A DNA stretch of 63,952 nucleotides, counting the filler, from Phoronis australis (lineage: Eukaryota > Animalia > Phoronida): assembly GCA_002633005.1 (NCBI GenBank). It is 9 parts of 9 records of this genome, joined end to end, with 100 filler letters (N's around TTAATTAATTAA, not from the genome) between each part and the next. Parts side by side here need not be neighbours in the genome. Positions count along the whole stretch, not along the records: positions 44,501 to 58,427 come from NMRA01000818.1; positions 58,528 to 63,952 come from NMRA01002341.1; 7 more parts are not named here. One strand, given 5' to 3'. The notes beneath the pieces were generated by a model that was given only the letters and a program-made list of their open reading frames with translations, was not told the origin of the DNA and ran no database searches. Below are positions 50,700 to 62,767 of the stretch, in pieces (the first letter of the stretch is position 1; the number at the start of each line of letters is the position of its first letter). The translations under genes and the position numbers were made by a program.

Positions 50700-51197
50700 A
50701 ACAAAATCACACTAAGAATCCTGTTTCTCAAACAAAATCACACTAAGGATCCTGTTTCTGCAACAAAATCACACTAAGGAGCCTGTTTCTCAAACAAAAT
50801 CACACTAAGGAGCCTGTTTCTCCAACAAAATCACACTAAGGAGCCTGTTTCTCAAACAAAATCACACTAAGGAGCCCGTTTCTCAAACAAAATCACACTA
50901 AGGAGCCTGTTTCTCTCACAAAATCACACTACGGAGCCTGTTTCTCAAACAAAAACACACTAAGGAGACTGTTTCTCTAACAAAATCAAACTATGGAGCC
51001 TGTTTCTCTAACAAAATCAAACTATGGAGCCTGTTTCTCTCACAAAATCACACTATGGAGCTCGTTTCTCTAACAAAATCACACTAAGGAGCCTGTTTCT
51101 CAAACAAAATCAAACTATGGAGCCTGTTTCTCTAACAAAATCAAACTATGGAGCCTGTTTTTCTCACAAAATCACACTATGGAGCCCGTTTCTCTAA
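50700..51197. repeat. 31-bp minisatellite, ~16 units (acaaaatcacactaaggagcctgtttctcaa)
   Basis: Direct tandem units with no unique spacers. Confidence 0.96.
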
Positions 51198-51548
51198 CAG
51201 CCTGCTGGCTTTTGTTTTCTGGCCTTTGTCAAAAGTCAGAAATCCGGCTATGAATAACCAAAAGTCAATGTTTTTGTCTTTTACATTCCTCAAAACATTT
51301 TGTTTTCAGCCTTTTCAAGCAAACTACAGATTTCGTTCTCTTGTCTTCAGAACGTAGACAGATTTTCTGATTTCCAGTCCTTAGCCTGATTTTCACAAAC
51401 CTGTGTGTCCATGAGTATGTGTGTGTCCGTGTGCTGTGGTCTAACAATGCATAACATAACTTTCAACTACTGCATGAATATGGCAATGATGAACCTCGTG
51501 TGCAAGCACAGTTGTTGACTTTCTGCATTGAAGGACAGGAACTCTTAC

Positions 51549-51675
51549 TTGGATAAATAGATTTGTCCCTGTTCTTGTCAACGTTGTCGTCCATGAGACC
51601 AGCTATTATAATTGGGTCATCGGGATCATGGTGATCATCTTCAGAGACCTCTAGTGTGCGCACTTTTTGAAGTAA
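51549..51675 (-). CDS. Receptor-type PTP, start of D2 (LLQKVRTL...NVDKNRDKSIYP)
   Basis: ttgcag/gtaaga bounded, 127 bp, phase 0-1; N..KNR motif. Confidence 0.88.
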
Positions 51676-52246
51676 CTGCAAGTATCCACAAAGTTTTCAC
51701 AGTTGAACTGAATGTGCAAGTGCAACTCTTTGACTAAATCATGCTTTACAACCAAATCAGCATTCAATTGATCATGTAGAGCAATATTTAATATTTTTAT
51801 TCCCTGCTTTAAGTATTCACGTCAAGGCCAAAAACACAATTGGTTCTGGTCTATGGTTTTTCAAAAAACTGAGTTTGTGGTGCTATATTTTTTAGATGCT
51901 CACTTTTTCAACAATGAAAATACAACTGAGATGAGCAAAAATGACGAACGATTTTTTACTCAACCCTTACCAGTTCCAGGTTAACAGGGGGCTGGCAGCA
52001 GCTATACCAGGATTCAAAAGGTCTTCTTTTCATTTTGATGGCAACAATAGTGTCATAATTCAGCATGTTGCTAGACAGCAATCAAAATAACAGGTTTAGC
52101 CAACAAACCCAAATACACTGTACTCCAGGCTTACACAAGTCCATCCGCTACATGAATGCACACAGTATAACTAGGCAACTCATACTGGAGCTGGCTGCAC
52201 AGTATAACTAGGCAAGTCATATTGGAGCTGGACAACTTATAGTATT

Positions 52247-54075
52247 ACAAGAGCAATGTGGAACATTGAAATGTGCACACAAATGCACCAAAAACTGGGT
52301 GCTCCTAGAATTGTTTATTTGTATTGCAACAGGAGTGCCCTGGACATGATTATGTAAGATATATGCGCCCTCTAGTGGTCAAGCTGTGTATTACGTATGG
52401 AATTTTCCTATGATTTTGAGTCCTTTGGACATGGCCAAATATGGTCAGATCCTAGGAGCCATGGGCCTTGCCCTTCAGATCGTGTCTGATTGGTTGAAAT
52501 TGTGTACTTAAGCTTTGTCTCTGTCAGACACATGGAGTCCAGTCGCAGAGTTCAAGAAGCAAACATTTACACCTTCACTCACACCAAATTGCAACTGTTT
52601 GTGCAGCTTTCGGGCTCCTCCCGAACTTGGTTGCCAATAGTTTAGCCCCCCAGCAATTCTAGGGCTCCTCCCGAGCTTGATTGCATCTCACCTTTCGGAT
52701 CTGAATAACCAAATTGCCCCGTTCTATTAATCAGCGACTGGCTTGCCCGTGTATCAGAACTGTATAAATCACAACGCTGCGATACTAAATCATGGAACAA
52801 CTGGATTGCTTAATTGTAAGTGTGAAATATTGTAGTTATATATTCTTACAATAAACCTATGTATTATTCACCAACTTTTAATTTTCAATATCACCCTCAG
52901 TCCGCACCGGGCTCGTAAAATCGGGGCGCCTTGGTCGTAGATACCGCCCCCATTACAGTATTATAAAATGACCACTAGATGGCGCAAAAACGTCCAATCC
53001 AAGCGAAAATGGGAACATGCCACTGTATCTTTAATATATTCAAGGAACTTCAGAGAAACAAAGGAAAATGGAAAAAATGAAATTGCCACTTGGGGGCACA
53101 TTATTCTTTGGCTCCGCCTGAAAGACGTCGTCGTCTGCTGTTAGCTTCATATCAATACACTTACTATATTTAACAAAGATCCTGCAGGGGGTTTACGAGA
53201 TACAGCTAAGCTATGGGCGCAAAACAAAACTACCACTAGGAGGCGCCACAGTAGTTGAAGTTGTCATCATCAACTGTCCTTTTCACACTAAGAAAGCCAA
53301 TTTTCACAATCATCCTTTGAATGGTATGGTTGACAGAGGGGTGAATGCCAAAAAACACTCAAAAATAGCCACTAAGTGGTGCAAAATACCTCAATTTCAT
53401 CCGAAAATAAGAGGACAGCTTCATCTCACCAATAGATTCTCATATTCCAAATTTTATGAAAATCGTTGAGGACCTTAAAGATACAGGCAGATCCATCCGA
53501 AAGTGGTCGTCATCCATTTTCAACATCATATAACTACATATGGGAGATACAGCCATGCGTGCAAAAAAAACAGATTGCCACTAGGATGCGCCACTGTATT
53601 CGAAGTCGTCTTCTTCATAGTAAGAACATACATGCCAATTTTCACAATCATACTTAAAGCAGTTTGGTTGATAATGGGGTGGACGCCAAAAACAGACTCG
53701 AAAACAGTAAAAATGGCCACTAGGTGGCGCAAACTACGTCAAATCTATCCAAAAACAAAACGATAGTGTCATTTCACTAATAGATGCCTATATGCCTAGT
53801 TTTATGAAGATACGTTGAGGGCATTTGAAGAAACAGAGGTAAACATAAAAAATTGAAATTGCTACTAGGGGGCACACCGTTAGTCGGACCTGTCCGAAAG
53901 TTTGCTCATGCCGTTGCATCTATGAAAGGAGCACATGTGCAAAATTACATGGACATACGTGAAAGGGTTTTGGAGATAGAGCAGCAAACACCAGACGGTC
54001 GCCGGATGCTGGATGCCGGACGGACGGAGATGACAGCATAATGCATCCACGTATAAATATGAGGACACATGATAA
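52247..54075. mobile_element. Helentron/HINE-like element with internal tandem array, interrupted by a solo LTR
   Basis: acaagagcaat..cattgaaatgtgc start; many gccactag(a/g)tggcgc units; ggacggacgg microrepeat near the ...atgataaaa end. Confidence 0.6.
52325..52957 (+). mobile_element. Solo LTR (Gypsy-like, 4-bp TSD)
   Basis: gtat|tgcaac...attaca|gtat; internal tataaat (~52763) and aataaa (~52850); absent from the homologous host-element copy at ~27535-27570. Confidence 0.8.
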
Positions 54076-54136
54076 AAGGGCATGCGCTTTGGCACACAGT
54101 ATTTCATTACACCTTCCATCACATCCCTCGTCTCAC

Positions 54137-54286
54137 CTCAAACTGTGAGTCCAGTGTACTCTTGCCTGTCTGTTGATTCTTAGTCATTAATGCAGGTATG
54201 GTAGTCGAGGCACTTCCACACTCTATTGCAGTCTCACCACATCTAATGGCCTCTGCCACAGCATTATGTAGGAAGTGGTACTGACT
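54137..54286 (-). CDS. Receptor-type PTP, D1 end / interdomain exon (SQYHFLHNAVAEAIRCGETAI...LDSQFE)
   Basis: tttgcag/gtgaga bounded, 150 bp, phase 0-0; QY.F.H.A..E...CG.T motif. Confidence 0.93.
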
Positions 54287-54906
54287 CTGCAAAAGTCACA
54301 TTTAAGGTGAACTTTACACAGGACAATAGACTCACACCTCTGAATACAAACCTTTAACAATGAGGGATACTTATGCTTGACCCAACTTTGAAGGGTTGAC
54401 AGAGCCACTAATGTGTAATGTCTTCTGTAAGTGTTCTTCTCTGGTAAAAATCAACCCTCTTCATTACCAACACAAAATAACTAAATGTTTTTAACAAAAC
54501 CCTGATAAATTGCATGACAAACTTCGAGTAAGCTTTTAAATTTCATGCAAAGTAATTGGTCAATTTTTGAGTTGAATTTCTAGTAACGTTTAGTACTCAC
54601 AAAGCAGTGCAGATTTTTTACTTGAACCAAGTTTTTAGCACAATGAGTCATTACCTTACAAGAACGATGTTTGCATCAACAACCAAGGGAGTCAAGACTA
54701 CTAATTTTTTGGTTGATCTCACATTGAGTTAACTGTCAGAGTCATTTCAAAACAAGGTTACATACAGAATTCACTAAGCAAATAACTCGACCCAACACAA
54801 ATTGGCAGACATTGTGTCAAACCTCCATATTTCTAACACTTTAAATTGCATATGATACGTCTGGTGACAATTGAAAGTTACGCAAAGGAACCATCAAGGC
54901 TGTTAC

Positions 54907-55042
54907 CGGCGTTTGGACCATATTGACCCGTTGATTCCGTAAGAATTCTACACAGCCAAACACGTCAACCATATCATCAGCCCTGTGTTGTACCAGCAAC
55001 AAGTCCAATGCAATGTACGTCCCCGTCCTACCAACTCCAGCA
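54907..55042 (-). CDS. Receptor-type PTP, D1 catalytic exon (SAGVGRTGTYIALD...LRNQRVNMVQTP)
   Basis: ttgcag/gtaaca bounded, 136 bp; completes HCSAGVGRTG and the Q-loop. Confidence 0.96.
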
Positions 55043-56328
55043 CTGCAAGACAATAGAATAGGGACACAAAATGGAGACAAGTTCATTAATAAGTTACTTC
55101 TAAATAGTAAGCAGCCAAGAGGTTCACTACATAGCACAGTACAAAAGGGAAATGAACTGGAGTGGGGCAGCAAAAGGATGTCTGACCAGTTGACAAACAG
55201 CATGGAAACTGGAACAGCAAGGTTTTATTGTGTATGTATGTCTTAGTTGACTAATATTCTCTACAAAAACCAGTGGTGACGTTATTCTGAAATATGGTAT
55301 TCTAAAGCAGGAAAGAAGTGAAAACCAAGACAAGTCACGCATTTTCAGTATTCATCCAATATTTTGTGAGTGTATCTCAAACAACAGTAAGGATATCCTA
55401 TCAAACCTGCACACTGAGTACGAATATTCAATTACCCCCTCGAAATAGGACACTAGCTAATTAAAGAATCATAAAATTCACCAGATCATGATTCTTACCC
55501 TCTGATGACACCCAAATTTACATTTACAAAACCTCCATTTCCTAACCCCATAAGAAAATTTAAAATTCCTACGATACTTAATTTTTTGCAAGTAATCTGA
55601 TTACAGAGACTATAACATTTGTTACAGATAAGTACTTTAACTGGCCGCCCTGAACACGCACATAATTCGCGATGTTGTTGGAGAATCGCAAGGGATTATC
55701 AACATGACTGCAGGCACCCCAAGGTGGACCACTGAATTCCATGGGTTATTATTGTGTTCATATTCAGGAAACCAATTCCTTCAAGCGATGGTGAATTTAC
55801 ACCTGTCACAGGTCGGTCATGTTACGAGACATAAGTGTGTCACAAAAAATAGCTACGTAAATACAAACTAGAATTAGAACCCAAAATATATGTATTATAA
55901 ATATGATGTATAAAAGTTGTTACCAGGTTGGAAAAGAGTACTTGACTGAAGTGAAGCATTGTGGGTGTACAATACATTTTATCAAGCAAAGTTACTCACT
56001 TCCAGACAACCATACTACTACGGCGATATTTATATTTTAGTGATCAGAAGTACTGCTGGCCATTTTACAACCTACCAGACTATTGTATTTTCTTTGACTG
56101 ACGTTCTTTTGTTAACATTCCACTGGCAGCATATAGTCAAATGAACAGGTATTGCCAATGTCAGGTCTTGTAGTGGTTAAAAACTGTATGACATGCACAT
56201 TAAAACCAAATTGAATGTAAATATATGGCAAGAGAAGATAGAGAAGATCTACCAGAAAAATCGTACTTAAGTTGCACATTTATTTCCAGTGTTATTGAAA
56301 ATAAAGGTGTGTTTTCTCTACAACTTAC

Positions 56329-56480
56329 CTGCAGTGCACAACAACTGGTCCTTCACTTGTGCCATCCTGCAAGTGCACTTTACGTCTGAAGTTGAGTAGA
56401 GACGTAGCTACCTTAGGAACACCATGATCTGGCCATACAGTGAAATGAAATTGCTTAACTTGTCTTAGCTCGTCAAATTT
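56329..56480 (-). CDS. Receptor-type PTP, D1 exon ([17 protein letters not shown]...GPVVVHC)
   Basis: ttgcag/gtaagt bounded, 152 bp, phase 0-2; WPD loop and catalytic HC. Confidence 0.96.
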
Positions 56481-56868
56481 CTGCAAAATATACAAGAACA
56501 TTCTAAAAAAATTACCCATTCCTTTCCAAGTAAAACACATGTAGCAGACATTGCACATCAAACACACTGATTTGAGTATGGTTATTATCAACCTTCACCC
56601 ATTTTTCACAAATGAAATATTTACTCAATATTTAAAATCATTCCAGACCCAGAAGGATGCCATGTCTTTGACAAGCTGAAGAGATTACACTGGAACTCAT
56701 TTCCCAACAGAAACTGACTTGACATTGTTATTGTCTTTCGAAAAACAATACGATAACAGCAGCTGCTGTAACACACCTCTTATGGTAAATAAAGTACCAA
56801 GGGAGATAATTACTGATCTTGGGAGATAATTTCTGTTATCTTGAAAATGTCAAGCAAAGATAACTTAC

Positions 56869-56988
56869 AGTGAAAGACAAGGTCCTGATCGTGTACTCAG
56901 GTAACACATCTTCCTGTATGAGAGTCACACTAATGTCGCCGTGAGCTTTGGTCGTCCCCAAATTTGGCCAGTACTTTTCACATTTGCG
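56869..56988 (-). CDS. Receptor-type PTP, D1 exon (RKCEKYWP...EYTIRTLSFT)
   Basis: ctacag/gtaagt bounded, 120 bp; KC..YWP motif. Confidence 0.95.
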
Positions 56989-57565
56989 CTGTAGGTTAGA
57001 TACATGTAAATCTTTTACTATAGGTGAACTAGTCGAAACAGCCACTTGCCTGACCACTTAGCGACATAAGTAGCCACTTAAAACCCCCTGTAGCAAAAAG
57101 GGGGAACCAAGACCATACTGAGACATTAAGCAAGTTGTAAGTAACCAAATCATTATTTTCATTAATTGAATAATTCATATCATATCACTTTGGAGTGCAC
57201 TTACATGTCACATGCAACCTAAATATAGAAAATCATCTCAAAAATCTCTTTACATCAATGTTTTCCTGTTGAGAAGCAAATGGCTTGTAATTCATATGAA
57301 GCCCACTTGCAATGGCAAAACTGATAGCACTATGTTCGCACTCATTTAGTACTTTTTGCCGTGGTTGAATTGTCAAGTTTATAAGCTGAGTTTCAAGTGG
57401 TAAGTGGAAAAATGTCACTTCAAATAGCTTTGTTTAATGAAACTGTAGGAATACATACAGGGAATATGATATTATTTAAATCACTGGATAGCAGGGCTTA
57501 AGCAGTAGTGAAAAATGTACACAATCAAAGTGAAACACACTGAAAATAACAAACATTGGAAAAAC

Positions 57566-57663
57566 CTTTCCACTCTCCACCAGATTAGTCAACATCACAA
57601 TTCTGTTGGTTCTTGTCTCCCAAACCATACGCATAAAGTCCTCCACAGTATAAGAATTGGGGC
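57566..57663 (-). CDS. Receptor-type PTP, D1 exon (GPNSYTVEDFMRMVWETRTNRIVMLTNLVESGK)
   Basis: ttctag/gt bounded, 98 bp, phase 1-0. Confidence 0.95.
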
Positions 57664-58086
57664 CTAGAAATGGCAAAAACCAACCCTTGTCACATTTCAT
57701 CTCAAACACATAAATTATCAATCTATTGAAGGCAGTAAAATTCAAAGTAAATAGCTCACCACTAATTAGGACCCTATGAAGTCAATATGTAAAACGAGTA
57801 AAAATAAACAATAAACACTAAGTAATATTTAAGGGAAAGGAACAGTCAAAACTGTACCTTCTGTACACACTGAAATGTTTGCTACGTTCATTGGGTAAAC
57901 TATGATCAAAATATTGATAATCATTCTGCAATGACAGCAATGAGAACCAGGTATGTAACAATACAAGTCTAAGATCTCTGTTGCAAAAACTGACACAAAT
58001 TTTACTTCAAAGTATTGTGTATTAATAAACTTGAATATTGAACCAGTATGGATGGATATGATGGCAAAGTTTAATAAATGAAATAC

Positions 58087-58123
58087 CTTGAGAAGCGATA
58101 TAACTCTCGACATTGTTAAAATC
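58087..58123 (-). CDS. Receptor-type PTP, D1 37-bp exon (DFNNVESYIASQG); most 5' exon visible
   Basis: ttgcag/gtattt bounded; YIA.QG motif; phase 0-1 joins the 98-bp exon. Confidence 0.92.
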
Positions 58124-58207
58124 CTGCAAAGATACAAAAACAGCCAGTTAACATAAAGTGAAACACTGACAACACAACTAACAGAACCAGATTCCAACAC
58201 AATTCTA

Positions 58208-58427
58208 CACGGTAGATTTACTTATTTACTGTAGTAACGACAAAACCTCCTGGGAGTAGTGAGATATGAACATTCTATGAATATGTGGTACAACCCTATT
58301 TACACAATTCGACAAGGTAGATTTACTTATTTACTGTAGTAACACCAAAACCTCCTGGGAGTAATGAGATATGAACATTCTAGGAATATGTGGTACAACC
58401 CTATTTACACAATTCGACACGGTAGAT
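58208..58427. repeat. ~105-bp tandem repeat running into the spacer
   Basis: ggtagatttacttatttactgtagtaac...acacaattcgaca occurs twice plus the start of a third unit. Confidence 0.9.
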
Positions 58428-58527
58428 NNNNNNNNNNNNNNNNNNNNNNNNNNNNNNNNNNNNNNNNNNNNTTAATTAATTAANNNNNNNNNNNNNNNNN
58501 NNNNNNNNNNNNNNNNNNNNNNNNNNN

Positions 58528-59703
58528 TACTCCGGAAGTGACGTTTTGGGAGGCAAGAATTTCGCGCCAATTTCTTTTCATACAGTCTGACTGTGAGAGC
58601 AGTTGAGTCAGTCATTGTTCTACCTCGGTGGTGATAAGTTCGGTCTTCGTTTTCTTTTGTTTACGAGTCAGTCAACTTGCCACGCTGTTGCTGCCTACCG
58701 AGATGTACTCATTGTCGTCTCACGTGTGTACCGCGACACACTCCCAGTGGATGGTGACTCAAGCACCCAAACTGCTTACAAAGTCCCGCCCTGCGACTCC
58801 CTCGTCACACACGTGGCACCTTTTAACTAGCTCCAAAACAAGTCCACAATAAACTTATCAAACTTAGGCTCAGCGATCTGTTCATTGGATGACGAACTAT
58901 ACTTTTCACTGGGTGTCAAACTGGGCCTGTATTCACTCCCACTACTCAACATCGCTGCATGGCTGCTTACAGGCTCTGGGCTAGAGACAACAGCACACGG
59001 AGAATCACTGCTAGTTCCTGGAATAGCACGTTATGGTGTACGTTCGGAGGCATGGGTGACAGTAGATGAAGTGCCTCCAGTCACTGTTCTGTTTATAGTG
59101 GCCACAGCTCGCGAGGCTTCTCGCTTCAAAAACGCACTTCTCGGGGGTGGCGACGGGGCACTGCCAGGAATCAGCAGCGACGGTATGGAACCCTTCTTCA
59201 GGCGTTGTTTCGCAGGGACCTTCATCAATTCAGCGTACATATCTCTGTCGCAGTCTGACGGCTGAAAATGCTTGCCATTGCTTTGTACGTTGCGTGAGCG
59301 GGTAGCGCTGCGTTCTTCACCAAACGATGTAGCCAAGTACGGCGAAATGTGTCATCCTTTGGAAAGCGATGCAAGGTACCCAAAGCGCGTGTGAGACAAT
59401 AATGAGTACATCCTGGTACGCAGCAACAGCGTGGCATGTTGACTGACTCATAAACAAAAGCAAATGACTACCGAACTTATCACATCCGAGGTAGAACAAT
59501 GACTGACTTGACAGCTCTCACAGTCTGACTGTATGAAAAGAAATTGGCGCGGAATTCTTGCCTCACAAAACGTCACTTCCGGAGTAGAGGATGAGAAAAT
59601 TAATTAAATTACGAAAAGCTGTAATTAAATGAAAAAAACGTCTGGGATAATCAACAGACCTTATTTTTGTTAAAAGTGACATGAAAAAGGGTTGCCTTCG
59701 CCT
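58528..59703 (-). mobile_element. Kolobok-like THAP element, copy 2 (left end lost in the spacer)
   Basis: Right end ggttgccttcgcct|ttaa matches copy 1; 58528-~58725 is an inverted copy of ~59390-59586. Confidence 0.88.
58730..59437 (-). pseudogene. Truncated THAP-domain transposase N-terminus
   Basis: MPRCCCVPGC...LHRFPKD...W / KHF...LKKGSIPS is a frameshifted THAP domain; downstream KFIV / LELVKRCHVC...G..VTIHWEC..H has stops and shifts; no DDE region. Confidence 0.85.
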
Positions 59704-61036
59704 TTAAGGACAGTCAGACAACTGTTCTTTGGTTAGAATAGGTACACAAGCTTAGTCACTCTATTATTATGGCTCATCAATCCTAAAGAGGGCAGACAGG
59801 GATTCTTCAACAAAGGAGCAGCACTAACAATGCGTGAATGTCTCCATCATTCCGTAGTAATTAATCCGTGTTCGTCATTCGAAAACTGAAAAGGTTCAAC
59901 TTTAGATGATGGACCCACTCATTAGTAAACTGCAGTCATGGCAAAAATAGGCTGCGCAGTGTGAAATGCTTTTGTTCAACTACAAGGAGCATTTTCACTG
60001 GCATCCATATCTGTAAACTAATCACCAAGCAAAAGAAGCCAGTACTGGATATCCAGGAGCTGTCATTGGTTACTGGCTATTCACATCCCGACCAATCAGA
60101 AGTGTTCAATGTTGACTGTGGGAAATGAGCTGCAGCACCTCACTAGCCACTATCCCATATTGAAGGAATACTATTTGCTCATCTTCCTTTACATTGGGCA
60201 TCCTTATAACACAACATGATGCAAACGTCTCCTTTAAACAAAATAAGGATTGACTTGGAGAAATCTTTTGAATTTCTCCAATGTCATGTGGTCAGCTGGA
60301 TCGGTTCTATCCACATTCCATTCAAAATAGTGTGACGGGACGTTCGTAACTTTACGCTTATTGTTATTCTTATTTAGTTGCAAATGTTCAGTTATTCTTA
60401 TGCTAATGTCTTTGTTGCGTCTCAGTGCGCCTTTGTTACGTGGGCATGTGGGCGCGACTGTATGTGTCGGGCACTTCGCTAGCGACAGGCTTAGGAGAAG
60501 GGTGTTTCCTTCCTTTGCCTTCATGAAAATTGATCGTTATCATGTGCAATTGAACTGAAACGTATGCCTGATGAGAGGAAATACACATTTTTGATGTTCA
60601 GTGGAGACATGCTCTGTTACAATAGGGACTGAGATAGTTATCAATAGAGTGACTCTATTCACAAGGTCACATTAGTGAGAGTATAGTTTTTAATCAAATT
60701 ATATTCAAATGGAAGGCTAGAAAGCGTCCAGGCTTTATTTTCCATTTTCTTTTTGGAACATGAAAACCGATGGAAACTACAAAATCTGAATGGAGAAGTA
60801 AAAATCAGATTCTGTGGGTTCTTAAATTTTCAGAATTGGTCAAGTAATAGCGACTTTATCAACAAAAACCCTGGCCTTGAGCTATTCATTGGAAAGCAGT
60901 GTCCAGCACGGCGTATAAACTTATATCTGCATCTCTAACTCACAATAGAAGCTGGGCTTGAAAGAATGCGTGCAAAACCTGCTTCAGCTCTAATATTCTG
61001 TTGATAGGGAATGCTCAAGAGATGAGAAATCAATAC

Positions 61037-61111
61037 CTTTTGCAGTGTATTGTATCTCTGTAAAGTTTCTTCAAATTGACTCCGCAGTCTGTTCACTGTC
61101 AATTTTTTTTC
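61037..61111 (-). CDS. Endosomal syntaxin (STX7/STX12/TSNARE1-like) Habc exon (EKKLTVNRLRSQFEETLQRYNTLQK)
   Basis: tttgcag/gtattg bounded, 75 bp, phase 0-0; resembles the syntaxin Hc helix (RL..RL...F...L..Y/F..VQ). Confidence 0.78.
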
Positions 61112-62119
61112 CTGCAAAATAGAAACAACAAATGAAGGTTTCTGAATGGAATACAAAACAGGGAAATGACCCCAGACTAGAATCGACACAAAACTTTACA
61201 CAGGTATTAACGGGGGATAGAATAGTGTCAACTGCTTTAGTAAGACTCAAGATCATTGGTCATGGCATAATCTACAACGTGGTTGTACAGTCAAATCGCA
61301 TAAACAAAACAACCCAGACTTTTTCCAATTAAAGCGCTCCTTGTAATGTAAGTTTACTAAAATCAAAAAAGTTGGTACACAGTCCAGTTGGCATGGAGCT
61401 TGTGAAATCGAACGTGAAAATTAGGGGCGTAAAAGTTGTACACCAGGTATGCTGTGACGTGGTATGATTATCATAGTGAATTCCTACAAACTGGTAGAGT
61501 TCAAAATTAAAACTATTAACACTATGCAGTGATATGAAAGAGGAGTCACCAGAAAATTCAAAAAGCTATCGAGACGGAATCAGAGCATAAAGACAGAGAT
61601 CTTGATGAATTCCACACGTTGACCAGGTCTGTAAGTACCAGTAGACTCAGTTGGTAATAAGAATTTTGCAATATGACGGGCAAATTTTTTGTATGACGGA
61701 TCTCAGTAAAATTTGATGTAGTAGGTAGTACAGCGTCCATGCTTTGTATTAAGCAGAATTTTACTTTAGTTCTTCAACTGTAAGTTCCAGTGTGAAGCTG
61801 ATCTTACTCAGCTACGACCCTAACACCTCCATTTAGCACTCAAGCAATAGTAAGGTTGTCAAAAACCAACACTTGGGCTGGAAATCCAACCACTGAACTC
61901 AGTTTTGATATTTCTCTGTTCAACTTTTTTGCAACTAAAATTGATACTTTGTCTCTCATCTGGTAAGAAACTACAATCATGACATAGGGAGATAACTGCA
62001 ATAACATAATATGGAAAGTTCACACTTGACAACTACATTCTAACTAAAAATTCATAACATTCATAAAGTGCAGATTTAACTCTGTTCTAATCAGACTTGA
62101 ACTTGTCCACGTAGTCACT

Positions 62120-62565
62120 TACACCAGAATGTACAATAGTAGAGCAGAAAGTATCTAAACGAGGATGGAGTTTTGAAACCAGAAATTGGTTTTGAGCATA
62201 AGCACATATTATTAAATCCTTCCTTAAACAGACTCGTTTTGTCCTTGGAGTGTTTCAGTAACACATGAAAACATGATTTAAACACTCCAATTCGGGCACG
62301 TTAAACGAAGCAGGAACTGCCAGTAACGTACACAGAATGTACACAAGTAGAGCATAACTGGTCTCAAAACTCCATCCTCGTTTAGATTCTTCAAGAATTC
62401 TTCAAGAATCTAAATGAGGATGGAGTTTTGAGACCAAAAATTGGTTTTGAGCATAAGTTTAAACCCTTCCTTAAACAGACTTGTTTTGTCCTCGAGTGTT
62501 TTAGTAGCACATGAAAACACCATTTAAACACTCCAATTCGGGCACGTTAAACGAAGCAGGAAGTA
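62120..62565. repeat. ~200-bp tandem duplication with a 78-bp near-perfect palindrome (62359-62436) at the junction
   Basis: tctaaa.gaggatggagttttga.acca...ttcgggcacgttaaacgaagcaggaa occurs twice; inverted arms read directly. Confidence 0.88.
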
Positions 62566-62767
62566 AACTTTTCGCGCCACACTGGGTCACCACGAGAAAA
62601 CAGAGAACTGCCAGTAACGCATGAGTGCGTGTTGCCCAAAGCTATTCCAATTTTCTGAGGATTTTTAAAGTGACCTAGAAAACTAGAGTAAGATGTAAGA
62701 ACAGTTATCTTGAGGATGTCCTAGCTGTCTTCCATACAATTAAGCCACCAGTTTCAATAGCTAAGAC

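Noticed and set aside
50700-51197. CRISPR-like periodic 31-bp repeats
   Set aside because: No unique spacers, no cas genes, eukaryotic intron context; it is a minisatellite.
60560-60590. Hammerhead-like CTGATGAG..GAAA
   Set aside because: No stem II closing pair or supporting flanking helices.
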